Shown one piece after another: positions 22,623-37,178 of a stretch of DNA of 58,639 nt. The notes beneath the pieces were generated by a model that was not told where the DNA came from, did no database searches, and saw nothing but the letters and a program-made list of their open reading frames with translations. How positions within the stretch are numbered: position 1 is the stretch's first letter; the number at the start of each line of letters is the position of its first letter. This stretch comes from Octopus bimaculoides. Its lineage: Eukaryota. The translations under genes and the position numbers were made by a program. The stretch is from positions 22,095,662 through 22,154,300 of the forward strand of contig NC_068992.1 in the NCBI RefSeq assembly GCF_001194135.2, written 5' to 3'.

Positions 22623-25600
22623 GGTGGCTGTGTGGTAAGAAGCTTGCTTCCCAACCATATGATTCCAGGGTCAGTCCCACCACGTGGAACCTCAGGCATG
22701 TGTCTTCTACTATAACCTTAGGCCAACCAAAGCCTTGTGAGTGAGCAGAGGGATATAGACACTTGCCCAAAATGCCACACAATAGGACTGAACCTCGAAC
22801 GATGTGGTTTGAAAGCAAGCTTTTTAACCACAGTCATACCATACTCAAGAAATCAAATCAGTCTCATTTAATTCTACCTGTGGAGATATAAAATCTGTGG
22901 CATAACCACATTATTTACTTTTCGAATTGAAGCTAAATGGTATTCTTTTACTTGTTTCAATCATGTGACTGTGGCCACACCGGAGCACCACCTTGAAGGG
23001 TTTTAGTAAAACAAATTGACTCCAGGACTTAGTTTTTTAAATCTAGTATTTGTTCCATCAGTCTCTTTTGCTGAATCACTAAGCTATGGGGGCATAAATA
23101 CACTAACACTGGTTGTCAAGCAGTGATGGGGTGGGGACAAACACAGATATATATATATATATAAACAGGCTAAGTCACGGGGATGTAAACACACCAACAT
23201 CAGTTGTCAGGCGATGGTGGGGTGACAAACACAGATACACAAAGTATATATATGACAGGCTTCTTTCAGTTTTCATCGACCAAATCCACTCACAAGGCTT
23301 TGGTTGGCCCGAGGCTATAGTAGATGACACTTGCCCAAGGTACCATGAAGTGGGACTGAACCTGGAACCATATGGTAGAGAAGGAAGCTTCTTACCACCT
23401 ATTTATTGAAAAAAAACAAAAAAAAACTATACACCTAACATTACAAGTTAGCCCTAAACATTCTTTAGTGCACTAAACTTATGCAACTTAGACTAACCAG
23501 GTTAGTGAAGCCCTGGTTTCTATACACTACGTTACGTCCGTCCCCATCTCTATCTATCTGCCGCCACTCACATGAATTTACCTCTCCACCCACTCTATCC
23601 AATCTTCAGCATAATTTCTCTTATATTCACCTCTCTGTATTCTGAGGGTGTGTTCTGACACCTCTTCACCACTCTCTCACCTCTACAGCAATACACTTGT
23701 TTCTATCCCTTTGCTATACCCTAACCTTTCATCGCTTGGCATAAAGCCATCTCCCTCACTACTACACCCGTTTCAGTTGAAGGTTTGTATTTTGTGAGTT
23801 ACTTAGTACAGCCCTCTGGCTTGGCAGCTTCTGTCGAACTCTCCAACCCATGCCAGCACGGAAAACGGCCGTTGACGATGATATGGCAATAAGTTATTAC
23901 TAAACTATCTTAAAAACATAGGGATTATGTCTTTGATGAAGGTCTAAAAGGACTGGAAACTAGTTATAGGAATCCTCCTTGTTCTGACCAAAGAGAAAAA
24001 AACAAAACGAAAAGAATCTGTAGCGTCACCATTTTGTTTACTTTATGCAGCAAGGCTAAAAATGTGATAGTCTTTCAAGCGTGTGTGTATAATGTGCGTG
24101 TGCGATAGATAGATAGATAGATAGAGGGTTTTAAAATAAGGTTATGTAGAGTGATCAATAGATCTGAGGTGTTTCTCAACACTTATCTGCATTTATGTTC
24201 GCAAACTGGTGACTTCTTTTCGCATATTGGGTGTGACAGCGCAATTAAATTATAATTGACTTCTAACAAGTGATTAAGCATCATGATATTTCGTTACATT
24301 TTCCTTGCTGGTAGCTCAATGTCTGGTTAAAAGGGTTAAAGGAATTCCTTACAGAAAGCGACTAAATTAACGAGAAGAAAATTTTGTGGCGCTCATTTGC
24401 CGTTTTGATCTTATCTCACACAGAAGGAGGACAATTAATTTGTCCACAACTTACATCGAATTAATCAGTGTTTTTTTTTTTGTTTTTGTTTTGTATGCAC
24501 TCATATTTCGAGTTGTGATTATTCATAACTATTTTAATTATTGACGTTTAATGAGCGAATATTTTTTTATTAATATAAGATATAAAATCGAATCACTTAA
24601 GCCACTAAATACTTTGGGAAAGCTAAGCNNNNNNNNNNNNNNNNNNNNNNNNNNNNNNNNNNNNNNNNNNNNNNNNNNNNNNNNNNNNNNNNNNNNNNNN
24701 NNNNNNNNNNNNNNNNNNNNNNNNNNNNNNNNNNNNNNNNNNNNNNNNNNNNNNNNNNNNNNNNNNNNNNNNNNNNNNNNNNNNNNNNNNNNNNNNNNNN
24801 NNNNNNNNNNNNNNNNNNNNNNNNNNNNNNNNNNNNNNNNNNNNNNNNNNNNNNNNNNNNNNNNNNNNNNNNNNNNNNNNNNNNNNNNNNNNNNNNNNNN
24901 NNNNNNNNNNNNNNNNNNNNNNNNNNNNNNNNNNNNNNNNNNNNNNNNNNNNNNNNNNNNNNNNNNNNNNNNNNNNNNNACCCCTTTTAATATGCTTATC
25001 GTTCTGTGTGCGTGTATATATATATTTATGAAATTTTGAATTTAGTTCACGGACCCCCAGTACTACCTTTGCGGACCTCAGGTTGGGAATCGCTGATATA
25101 GATTATTCAATGTAAACGGCTTAATAATCTACAACAAACTCACTTCTGTCCTTAAAATTAGGAAGTTTGTCCTATAATAAAGGTAGAATTATTAAAGTTA
25201 ATTAGGAACATCGTAAGGTTGTCTCTTGCTCAAAAAGAACTAGCTGGGACTACTCAAAACAAACAAGAAAGTAGAACCCCACCTCCCAAAACCCAACAAC
25301 TTATTGAGAATATATACACATGTCCTGATACATTGCATTAAATTATTTTAGTGAATAAGCTGTCTATTCTGTGTAATCCTAATTTCTTTCTTAACCGAAA
25401 CAGAGAACACGGATATCACCTTTGCTAAAACACAAGGTTATTTATTTTTTATTTCATATATACAGGACGAGGTTAAAGTCAACTGAATCAGTCCGAGTAT
25501 ATTACAGGTGGTTCTATTTCATCTTGAGATAGATGAAATAGTTGTTATACATAGAATCTGAACACGATCTTGTATCAATAAACCATGGATTTCTTACGAC

Positions 25601-28589
25601 GTACAACTTAGACTCTGGACATTAATGATAGGAAATAAAGAAAAGCCGGGAATATTTATTCAAAAGAATATATTTAGAAAAAAGAGAAAGAGAGAGGAAA
25701 GTAACACCTATGTATGAATTATGCATATATGGATGAATTTTAATTCATTCTGTGATAATGAGTTTGACGCACTAACCAGTGCGCGAATGACGTTACTATG
25801 TATCTATATAGGTATACATGCACACAATATATTGTATATACGTACACACAAACATGTAGAAGCACGGCCAGATACAAAGCTGAAATCATTTATAAAAAGG
25901 CATTTATTTACTCCATGTACCCAGTCTTTGTGGACACCCTGTATATACGTGCACACAAACATGTAGAAGCACGGCAAGATACGAAGCAGAAATAATTTAT
26001 AAAAAGGCATGGGCAACCTTTTTGAAAAGCAGGCCTCATGAGACACGATTCATTATCAAAAGGGCTGCATTTAAAAAAAAAAAAATGAAAGATAATTTTT
26101 CTTGTAGGTGTGCCATTCAGAAAGTCCCACGAGCCGCAGTTTGTCTTTGATTTGTTTAAAGGGTGAGCAGCAGAATTTCATAGAAACCAATTACTGAAAG
26201 TTTGCATTGCAGAAAAGGTCGAAGAAGGTAAAGTTACATTAGAGTTATCTCCCTTTATACTACTCCCAACACATGATGCAATATACATTTCATATATATT
26301 TACATATATGCATGTATATTCAGACTATTNNNNNNNNNNNNNNNNNNNNNNNNNNNNNNNNNNNNNNNNNNNNNNNNNNNNNNNNNNNNNNNNNNNNNNN
26401 NNNNNNNNNNNNNNNNNNNNNNNNNNNNNNNNNNNNNNNNNNNNNNNNNNNNNNNNNNNNNNNNNNNNNNNNNNNNNNNNNNNNNNNNNNNNNNNNNNNN
26501 NNNNNNNNNNNNNNNNNNNNNNNNNNNNNNNNNNNNNNNNNNNNNNNNNNNNNNNNNNNNNNNNNNNNNNNNNNNNNNNNNNNNNNNNNNNNNNNNNNNN
26601 NNNNNNNNNNNNNNNNNNNNNNNNNNNNNNNNNNNNNNNNNNNNNNNNNNNNNNNNNNNNNNNNNNNNNNNNNNNNNNNNNNNNNNNNNNNNNNNNNNNN
26701 NNNNNNNNNNNNNNNNNNNNNNNNNNNNNNNNNNNNNNNNNNNNNNNNNNNNNNNNNNNNNNNNNNNNNNNNNNNNNNNNNNNNNNNNNNNNNNNNNNNN
26801 NNCAAAAAACTCATATCTGAAAAAGAGGCGAGACTATTGTTTTAGTTGTCCGCTACTTACAGCGTTCATTCAAGTACATTGTAAAAGCAGAAACTAAGCA
26901 ATAACACCGCGTACTTTTTTATACTACGAAACTAACGCTCATATTACGTCTGCTTGTAAACTACCAATTAAAAAAATGGTAAGTGGATTAAAAATAACCT
27001 TTATTTATAGTTATCAAAAATTTTAAATTCTTTTGAATTTCGTATTTTTTTTTTGAATTATAATTTCGTTTAATTCTTGGACGTCTTCCAAAAAATGTTA
27101 AAACATTTCTAGAACTTGTCTAGTACTTTATTTTATCGATTCTGGAAGCATGACAGTTAAAGTTGACCTCGACGGAATTTCATACCAAAACATTCGCATC
27201 TAATTCACCGCTCTACATGGTTCACCGTTTTTAAAATCCTGTTCGAACATTTCGTTAACGTCTTCCAATAACAATTGATCAAAGGCATTCCAACCGTAAC
27301 CACCATGTTTTGCGGTTATATAGGAATCTGTCTGTCTGTGTGTGCATATGTATGTATGTATTTATTTGTGTGTGCGTGTGTGTGCGCGATCTTTTATTTA
27401 TTACTTGTTTCGGTCATTTGACTGCGGCCATGCTGGGGCACCACTTTGAATTTTTTTTTAATTTGAATGAGCCGACCTTCCACAACTTAATTTTTTAAAG
27501 GCTAGTACATATTCTATCAGTCTCTTTACTGAACTGCTAATGTTACGGGAACGTAAAGATACCAGCACGGGTTGTCAAGTGGTGTTGGGGGACAAACACA
27601 AATACACACACTCTCTCTTTCTCTCTCTCTCCCGCTCTCCCTCTCTCTCTCTCCCTCTCTCCCTTTCTGTCTCTCTCTTTACCTCCCTTCCTCCCTCGCT
27701 CCCNNNNNNNNNNNNNNNNNNNNNNNNNNNNNNNNNNNNNNNNNNNNNNNNNNNNNNNNNNNNNNNNNNNNNNNNNNNNNNNNNNNNNNNNNNNNNNNNN
27801 NNNNNNNNNNNNNNNNNNNNNNNNNNNNNNNNNNNNNNNNNNNNNNNNNNNNNNNNNNNNNNNNNNNNNNNNNNNNNNNNNNNNNNNNNNNNNNNNNNNN
27901 NNNNNNNNNNNNNNNNNNNNNNNNNNNNNNNNNNNNNNNNNNNNNNNNNNNNNNNNNNNNNNNNNNNNNNNNNNNNNNNNNNNNNNNNNNNNNNNNNNNN
28001 NNNNNNNNNNNNNNNNNNNNNNNNNNNNNNNNNNNNNNNNNNNNNNNNNNNNNNNNNNNNNNNNNNNNNNNNNNNNNNNNNNNNNNNNNNNNNNNNNNNN
28101 NNNNNNNNNNNNNNNNNNNNNNNNNNNNNNNNNNNNNNNNNNNNNNNNNNNNNNNNNNTCTTATGATGTCATCAGCCTCATGTATGCAAACTTGGTCAAA
28201 GGATGCACTTGGTTGTTAAAAGATGTTGCCGAAGGGATATGATACGGCATTCAAAAGTATTTTGGATCGGTGTTAAGCCTCTGCCACCTTCTTATCGTTT
28301 TAGGTAGAGGCGGTCTACGTCACTGTTTATGTGGAAATTACGTGTGCTTGTTAGTATTTTTCGGGTTTTCACATCAATGGCTCGAATCTCATCAAGCGTC
28401 CCATAAACCGGCCTTCTCCACTTTTAATATATACTGCTCTACATCTTAGAGTGTGCTTCTTCCCTAGAATGTTTCGTGTATATAAACTAGAATGTTTCAT
28501 GTATATAAACTAGAATGTTTCATGTCTGTTGTGCAAGCCATATACCAGAAATATGTCCCAGAGTACAAGGCCAAAACAAATACGAACAT

Positions 28590-30680
28590 GATACCAAGGG
28601 AGAGGAAGATCCTCATGTGACGACGGAGGAAGGTTGCAAATCGACTCGACTAACATTCCAAAAGTAGCGAAAGGTCTCGCCTAAAAACAACGCTGATTGA
28701 GATTGAAAAAAGCCTGCAACAATCCTATATGGGGGGAAAGAGCAGACAAAGAAGCCTGGGTTATAAAAAGCATTAAGTCAAACCCAAAAGCCTTCTTTCA
28801 TTACACGAAAGAAACAGCATCAGTACGCTGCAAGATAGGACCCCTCTTCCAAAAAGATGGCTCCTTCACAGACAGTCCAACAAGGATCAGTGAGGTACTG
28901 AATGACCAGTTCAAAAGTGTCTTTACCACTGCGTTGAAACAAAGACAAGTGAATGAACCAATGGACTTCTTTGTCTATAACCAGCAAGGCAGTTACGATG
29001 GAATACATTGACATTAGTGAAGAAGATATACTACTAGTCATAGATGAAGTGGACACAAACTCAACTGCTGGTCCTGATGGTTTCCCAGCAATCCTCCTCA
29101 AATCGTGTAAGCATGCTCTGGCAAAACTCCTCCAGATTCTCTTCCAGAGCTTTTTTGCAAATGGCAGACTGCCAAGCAAGCTGAAGGAGGAAATAATACG
29201 CCCAATCCATAAAGGGGGAAAGCAGAGCAGATGCCAAAAACTATAGGCCTATCTCTCTGACTTCACACATCAGCAAAGTTGTGGAACGGATAGTCAGGGG
29301 GAAACTAATCGCATTCCTTGAAGAAAATAACTTGCTGAGTGATACCCAGCATGGCTTTCGACCAGGTAGGAGCTGCCTGACCCAGCTTTTACATTATGAC
29401 TGGGTGTTGAGGCAGTTACTCAACATCTCAAATGTGGACGTATTTATACCTTGATTTTGCAAAAGCTTTTGACAAAATGGATCATGGTATGATATGCCAC
29501 AAACTGCGTGATCTCAGCATAGCTGGAAAACTTGGAGAGTGGTTACATGANNNNNNNNNNTATGATATGCCACAAACTGCGTGATCTCAGCATAGCTGGA
29601 AAACTTGGAGAGTAGTTACATGACTTTCTGAAAGATAGAAGTCAAGCGGTAGTGGTTAATGGAGTCACCTCTATGAAAACACAAATAGGAAGCGGTGTTC
29701 CACATGGCACTGTCTTGGGACCACTGCTTTTTATAGTGGCCCTCTTAGATATACCCTCAAGTGCCCGGATAGCCACCCTTGCAAGCTACGCAGACGATAC
29801 GAAAGTCTCGCAGAAAATACAAAACTCCAGTGATGTTGCACATCTGCAGCAGGAGTTCGACTCAATTTACAGATGGGCTGAAGATAATAATATGCAGTTT
29901 AATGCTGAAAAATTCCAAGCCCTGCGCTACAAGCGCCCGAAACTGAATATAAATCTTACAGGGTCCACTGGTCCACAGGGAATTTCAATCCTAGAGCCTA
30001 AATTATTGAGGGACCCGGGTATCGACATGAGTGATGATACCTCTTTCCCAGTGCACATTACTAAGATGGCGACAAAGTGCAGACGACTGGCTGGCTGGAT
30101 CCTGAGAACATGATGGTCCTCTGGAGGACATTCGTCCTCAACCGCCTGGATTACTGCTCACAGCTATGGTCACCCACCAGTGTTAAATTAACAGCCCACC
30201 TTGAAGCAATCCAGAGAAGATTCACAAAGAAGATCGTCTCTTTGCAACTGCTCAGCTACCGAGAAAGGCTGAAACAGCTAAGACTCTACTCCCTGGAGAG
30301 AAGGCGGGAGAAGTATGCAGTAATATACACCTGAAAAATCCTGGAAGGAATTGTGCCAAATTTTGGCATTGAAAGCTACACCAATACCAGAACGAGACGA
30401 CACTGCATAGTGCCAAAGATTCCAGCAACGCCATCGAGCTTCAGGACCAGTTACTGCAACAGCTTGGGTTTCAGGGGCCCACGACTTTTTAATATTCTCT
30501 CAAAGAGCCTAAGGAACCTGCACAAAGTAGATGTAGGCGTTTGTAAATCAAAGCTGGACCTATTCCTGCCGAGAGTCCCAGATGAACCTACCTCACGGCA
30601 AGAGGTGCAAATAAGGGTAGCTATATCAAACTCCATTCTTCACCAAGTGGTACATATTGGAGGAGGCTATCAGTAATAAC
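28590..30680 (+). mobile_element. Decayed CR1/L2-group LINE ORF2 (RT domain and C-terminus)
   Basis: IKSNPKAFFHY, AGPDGFPAILLKSC, YRPISLTSHISKVVERIV, QHGFRPGRSCLTQL, DFAKAFDK, GVPHGTVLGPLLF, YADDTKV and LYSLERRRE across frameshifts. Confidence 0.92.
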
Positions 30681-31773
30681 AGTGTAGCAAAACTGCGGTG
30701 CATCAGTATAGCCTCTGAGCTAAAACTACGACGCCGGAGTTTTAATGGTGGCAGCTGATGAAGGGGATGTTTCTATGTGGCCTGCTTGTTTGTTGCACCT
30801 TGTTTACCATTTTGTCCTTGTTCTTTTGCCACGTCATGTACCCAGTTATGTATCTATATGTACATGTAGATGAACGTATATACATACATGTACATATATA
30901 TGCATATACTCATATATTGTTTATATATATATANNNNNNNNNNNNNNNNNNNNNNNNNNNNNNNNNNNNNNNNNNNNNNNNNNNNNNNNNNNNNNNNNNN
31001 NNNNNNNNNNNNNNNNNNNNNNNNNNNNNNNNNNNNNNNNNNNNNNNNNNNNNNNNNNNNNNNNNNNNNNNNNNNNNNNNNNNNNNNNNNNNNNNNNNNN
31101 NNNNNNNNNNNNNNNNNNNNNNNNNNNNNNNNNNNNNNNNNNNNNNNNNNNNNNNNNNNNNNNNNNNNNNNNNNNNNNNNNNNNNNNNNNNNNNNNNNNN
31201 NNNNNNNNNNNNNNNNNNNNNNNNNNNNNNNNNNNNNNNNNNNNNNNNNNNNNNNNNNNNNNNNNNNNNNNNNNNNNNNNNNNNNNNNNNNNNNNNNNNN
31301 NNNNNNNNNNNNNNNNNNNNNNNNNNNNNNNNNNNNNNNNNNNNNNNNNNNNNNNNNNNNNNNNNNNNNNNNNNNNNNNNNNNNNNNNNNNNNNNNNNNN
31401 NNNNNNNNNNNNNNNNNNNNNNNNNNNNNNNNNNNNNNNNNNNNNNNNNNNNNNNNNNNNNNNNNNNNNNNNNNNNNNNNNNNNNNNNNNNNNNNTCTGA
31501 TAAACCCCGAGTGATTCTGCGACAGATTGGCATTCTATACAGGGAGAATTTTGAGGCCGCGGTTGCTTATAGGCCATGGAAACCGACTAGCCCTATGACT
31601 CCTAGGACTTGAAACAATACTATCCAGGAGTTGATGGTGATGATGATGATGATGATGAGGAGAACAAATGAAGAGAACAAATAAATGGAGGAAAAAATAA
31701 ACGGACGATATATATATTATTATCATAAAAATTACGAAACCTTTAAGTGTGAGGCGTTACACACACACACACA

Positions 31774-31865
<92 letters not shown>

Positions 31866-33779
31866 CATATGTAATCTATATCTATTCAACCAATATTTTG
31901 GAGTGCCTTAATTCTTGGATTGTCTTGCATCATTGGATTGCCATGTCGGATTACGTCGACTCTTCACTCTACATTATAGGTGTGCGGGGACGTGCGCGCG
32001 TATGTGTGTGCGTGTGTGTCTACACGCGCCAGTATCAATTTTGTGTTCTGGCGGTTATTTCTTTTTGAAAGGGAATTAACTCTTTTTTTCTTTTTTGCAA
32101 GGGAAATAACTCTTTATTGCTTGCTTTTATGATAAATTACTTCTCGGAATTGGTAAAAAATATTTAAAAGTAATCCTTTATGAACTTTTGAAATATTTTA
32201 AACATTTCGTTTTCAACGGTGGAACAAGCAGTAGACAAAACTATAAACCACAGCTAGTAAATATTGAGTCAAATAACCCTTTTGACAGAGAAACTCGAAG
32301 GCTATCCTTGGGACTCAGACCCACATCATATGACGTCATTTTCAATCTGAATGTTATTTTAAAATATGCATTTTTCACACAACTTGTCATGTGGCTACCA
32401 AAAATACTAAACGTTACACCAATCTTTGGTTTACTGTTCTCCAAAACCAATCAGCTACCTTAATTATTTCTGTGGACGCTGATTCTAAATATACCATGTA
32501 TGTTGAGCTGTCAGCTTTTGTTTTCGAGATAAAATATGTTACTTGTATGTTAGCGTATCTACTCTCGGGACTCCAGTTCCATTTTGTATTTTGGTGGCTT
32601 AGAATTTAGATATATTTTGGAATATATTTGGGACATTGATTTCAAAAATAACATCAGCTTCACCCTTGGAGCTCTAATTAATTCATAACATGCGATGTTA
32701 ATTAGTAAAAGTACTAAAGCCATTAGTATGTCACTTGCCAGTAACGTGGCGAACGGGCAGAATCATTTGCTCGCCGAGCAAAATACTCAGCACCGTTTTG
32801 TTCGCCTTTACGTTTAGAGTTCAAATTCGACCGAGGTCAAATTTGCCTTTCATCATTTTGGGGTCAGTAATGTAAGTACCGATTGAGCACTGGGGGTCGA
32901 TGTAAGTGACTTATTCCAAACTGGCTGGCCTTGTCCCCAAATTTGAAACCCTTACTCCGAACTTGCTGGCATTGTGCTAAAATTTGAAACTCAATATGCT
33001 ACTTGCCATTTAAACAAATAATACTGTATTTTATCGACTCCGTCAAGAATTGAACTGAGAGAAAAGACAGAAGAAATGTCGCTAAGCTTTTTGTCCGACG
33101 CGTTAACAATTCTGTCTGCTCGCCGCCTTCAGCTGTAACAAATTTTCGTTTCAGATTTTGGCACAAGGCCAGCAATTTCGAGGGAAGGGATAGATCAATG
33201 ACATCGGCCCCATTGTTTTATCGTTACTTAATTTTACCGACCCCTAAATGATGAATGGTAAAGTCGACCTGCGCAGAATTTGAACTCAGAACGTGAAGAC
33301 GGACGAAATGTACTTCAGCATTTTCTCCGGCATATTCGCCACCTGCTGCTGCTCAGTAATTTTGGGGAACGGGGAGAGTCAATTACATCGACCCTCTAGT
33401 GCTCAACTGGAACTTATCTTATCGACCCTGGAAGGATGAAATACGTAAAGACGGACGAAATGTCACTAAGCATTTTGTCCGGCGCGCTAACGATTCTATC
33501 TGATCGCCGCCTTAAAGCTGCAACAAATATTACAATACATTTTGACTTGGGCTTAATCAACTCTGCCAATTCCCCGCCCCCATTTCACTTCTTTATCTTT
33601 TATCTGATTTCTTTTAACCATTTTCTTGTTTCATTCATTGGACTGTGGCCCTACTGGGACACTGCCTTGAAGAGGTTTGTAGCCGAACTAATGGAACCCA
33701 GTACTTATTTCTGTTTTAAAGTCTGGTAATTATTCTGTAATTTTTCTATTGTCGAACCGCTATGCCACAGGGACGGAGA

Positions 33780-34960
33780 TGTGGCCGACCTCTTCATGAT
33801 CTGGTGGGACAGAAAAAATAAGCAATCCTTAGAGGAACAGTCCTCTACTGTTTTGCTTTACCGTAGGTATGTAGATGACATTAATATTTTAGTTAGGACA
33901 AACTCTAGTAATTACAATGTAGAAACCGAGAGGAGCATAATAGAGAGCATCCAGCACGTAGCTAACTCCATCCACCAAAGTATCAAAGTAACTATAGATT
34001 ACTCCACTAGGGACCCTAACAAAAGACTCCCTGTCCTTGATATTGAACTTTGGTTAGAGACTGTGAACAACAGAGTGCAGCTCCTTCCCTCTTGTTACAT
34101 GAAACCCATAACTTCTACATATGTTGTTCACAAGAACACAGATTTGTCACACAACATGAAAATTAACATACTAATAGCAGACTTAGGATAATGAACAACA
34201 TGTCCCCACTATGTAAACCCTATGAAGCAAAGAAACATGTATAGTACTTCATGCACCGCATGCAGTTCTCTGGATATGACCAGAAAGATAGGGTTCGGGT
34301 ATACAAGGGATCTAGAAAGAAGTTAGATAACATTATATGTCATGAAAGCAGTGGTACCTGTCCTAAGTATAGAAGTAAAGACTGGAATAGTGTACAAAGT
34401 GTTTGTAACAAAGCAAACAGGGTGAACATGTGCTACAAGACTGACAAATATCAAGGAGTGATGTTTGTAGTGGCCATAACCCATGAAGAATTAGCCCGAA
34501 GATTTAGGAAAGCTCTGAAGGAGGAGAAAATCAACATTGAGATCGTTGAAAAGCCCGGAAGTTTCATCAGATCACAACTAAGTAGGATGTACCTCTCTGA
34601 GAATACCACATGTACCAATGATAGCTGCATGGTATGTAAGATTAACCCTAGCATTAACTGTAGAACTAGAAATGTAGTCTACAGCATAAGATGCATAGAG
34701 GCTGCTTGTAAAGACAAGAACATGATATACATAGCTGAGACATCTAGAAGCATTGCGGAGAGACTAAATGTACATGTCAAACAATATGATGACAAAAAAC
34801 TGTCCTCCATACTCTACCAACATGGAGGCATACTTGGTCAACTTGACGTCTGCAATTTATCCAAGCATCCAAAGTGCCCAACACTCAAATACAGAAGTAT
34901 GTCCTCATAAAGGAAACATCCCCAGTACTAAATAGGAAGTATACATAGTAGGTAGTCATA
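33780..34960 (+). mobile_element. Penelope-like element (PLE) 3' fragment: RT C-terminal part plus GIY-YIG endonuclease
   Basis: YRRYVDDINIL, LPVLDIELW, YMKP, then C-x2-C, NVVYSIRC...YIAETSRSIAERLNVH and terminal IKETSPVLNRK; several stops and frameshifts. Confidence 0.88.
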
Positions 34961-35211
34961 CTCCAATACCCACAGTTTAAATATACACAGGTAGAATTGT
35001 CAGTAGGCTGTTATATATATNNNNNNNNNNNNNNNNNNNNNNNNNNNNNNNNNNNNNNNNNNNNNNNNNNNNNNNNNNNNNNNNNNNNNNNNNNNNNNNN
35101 NNNNNNNNNNNNNNNNNNNNNNNNNNNNNNNNNNNNNNNNNNNNNNNNNNNNNNNNNNNNNNNNNNNNNNNNNNNNNNNNNNNNNNNNNNNNNNNNNNNN
35201 NNNNNNNNNNN

Positions 35212-35256
<45 letters not shown>

Positions 35257-35325
35257 AGGTAAGTAGTTATGTAACTAAACAAGTAGAGAAATAGATAAAT
35301 AGATAGGTATATAGGTAATACGGAG

Positions 35326-35362
<37 letters not shown>

Positions 35363-36204
35363 TGCGCGCACACACACATACACACACATGAACACACAAA
35401 CATGAATATGCAGAACACATACATACAAACGTACACATATGCATACACATATATATGCATACATACATACATACATACATATATGTATACATATGCACAC
35501 TGACGCACACACATGCGCACAAACAAACAAAAAAAAACGCTGGTCTGATAACGGACAGATTCAAAGACTATTGAAGAAGTTGCACGAAGCAACGAAAATT
35601 TTAGAAAAAAAAAATAAATGAATGAGTGGAAATCGAACCGTTGAGTATGTCAAGTAATAAGGCACTAAGAGAGAATGACTCTCTGCAGACACAATTAGAT
35701 ATGCTTCAACACACGAATTCATATAAAGAATCTTGCAAACCAAACGCAAAAGCGAATTAGAAAAGTTTTCCATTGCATATGGGAGGTAACTCCAGGTAGA
35801 GTAATTATCAAGGGAAGAAACTCTTATATAATACATAAAATAAAAAGTAAATAAAAAATATTTTCTCACCGCAACTTCAATTTTTACATAAATCTAAACT
35901 AAGGTTAATCCTATAATCAGGTTTATTTCTTAACCCTTAAACTTAAATAATCCTTGAACGATAAATAGTGTACCAGACATGTAAAAGTAATGGGACCGGT
36001 TTGTGTCAAACTAGAGTTTAATTTCTGAGAAAGACAAGAGAAGACCTATCTGAAGTGTGCGAACGAGTGTGAGTGTGTGCGTGAGTGCGTACGCGCGCGC
36101 GCGAAGATTCGTGAGTATTTGTGTATGTTCATATGTATGTATGCAAGTATGTATGTATATATGTATGTCGTTATTTAGTTTTATCTCAAGATTTCTTGCC
36201 AATA

Positions 36205-36372
36205 GGCACAGGAGTGACAGTGTGGTAAGTAGCTTGCTTACCAACCACATGGTTCCGGGTTCAGTCCCACTGTGTGGCACCTTGGCCAAATGTCTTCTAC
36301 TATAGCCTCGGGCCGACCAAAGCCTTGTGAATGGATTTGGTAGACTGCAACTGAAAGAAGCCCGTCGTATAT
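36205..36372 (+). mobile_element. SINE A head ending in (TA)n at a gap (similar heads at 22618-22745 + and 51556-51720 -)
   Basis: Near-consensus head sequence followed by gaagcccgtcg(ta)n. Confidence 0.85.
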
Positions 36373-37178
36373 ATATATATATATNNNNNNNNNNNNNNNN
36401 NNNNNNNNNNNNNNNNNNNNNNNNNNNNNNNNNNNNNNNNNNNNNNNNNNNNNNNNNNNNNNNNNNNNNNNNNNNNNNNNNNNNNNNNNNNNNNNNNNNN
36501 NNNNNNNNNNNNNNNNNNNNNNNNNNNNNNNNNNNNNNNNNNNNNNNNNNNNNNNNNNNNNNNNNNNNNNNNNNNNNNNNNNNNNNNNNNNNNNNNNNNN
36601 NNNNNNNNATACCCTGACGAACGCTCCATGTATTCAGCATAGTACATAGACGATTGTTCATCCCTATATATCCATGAAAGAGCGTTGAGGCATTATTGTA
36701 TAGTAATGCCCTTATATAATTTAAATATATTTATGGAAAAAAATTATGGCTTTTTTTCCTTATGAGGTTTTTTCACGCTAACTACTTGATAAATTCTTAT
36801 AAAGTCTTTATCCTAATATTGTATTATGAATAATTAGAATATATTCAGTGCTGAATATTATTCCGTAAAAGCACATGTGCCGAAGTGTAACTTAAAAAGC
36901 CCGCCTCACTTACACCGCCGGTGTTACCAATCGTAAAACGGCATACACACGTGCGGAAAAAATGTGCTTAATTTAACTAGGAAATCCGCACCTAAATAAT
37001 ACTTACCCCACCCCAATTACCCAACGAAACTAACCAATCTACCACAAGCAAACCTCTACCCAGCGAATTTACCAGCGCAAGAACAAACATTTAATGTAAG
37101 AACTACCACTGTGTTTACATTACCATCACATATGTATCAATTATTTTCGCATCCTAACCGATGCATCTATCTATATTC

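Noticed and set aside
29488-29625. 63-bp tandem duplication in the CR1-like RT
   Set aside because: The copies sit on either side of a 10-N gap, typical of unmerged contig overlap.
36611-36710. Hammerhead at CTGACGA-acgctc...gagcgtt
   Set aside because: The stem is followed by GAGG rather than GAAA, and stem I cannot be assessed next to the gap.
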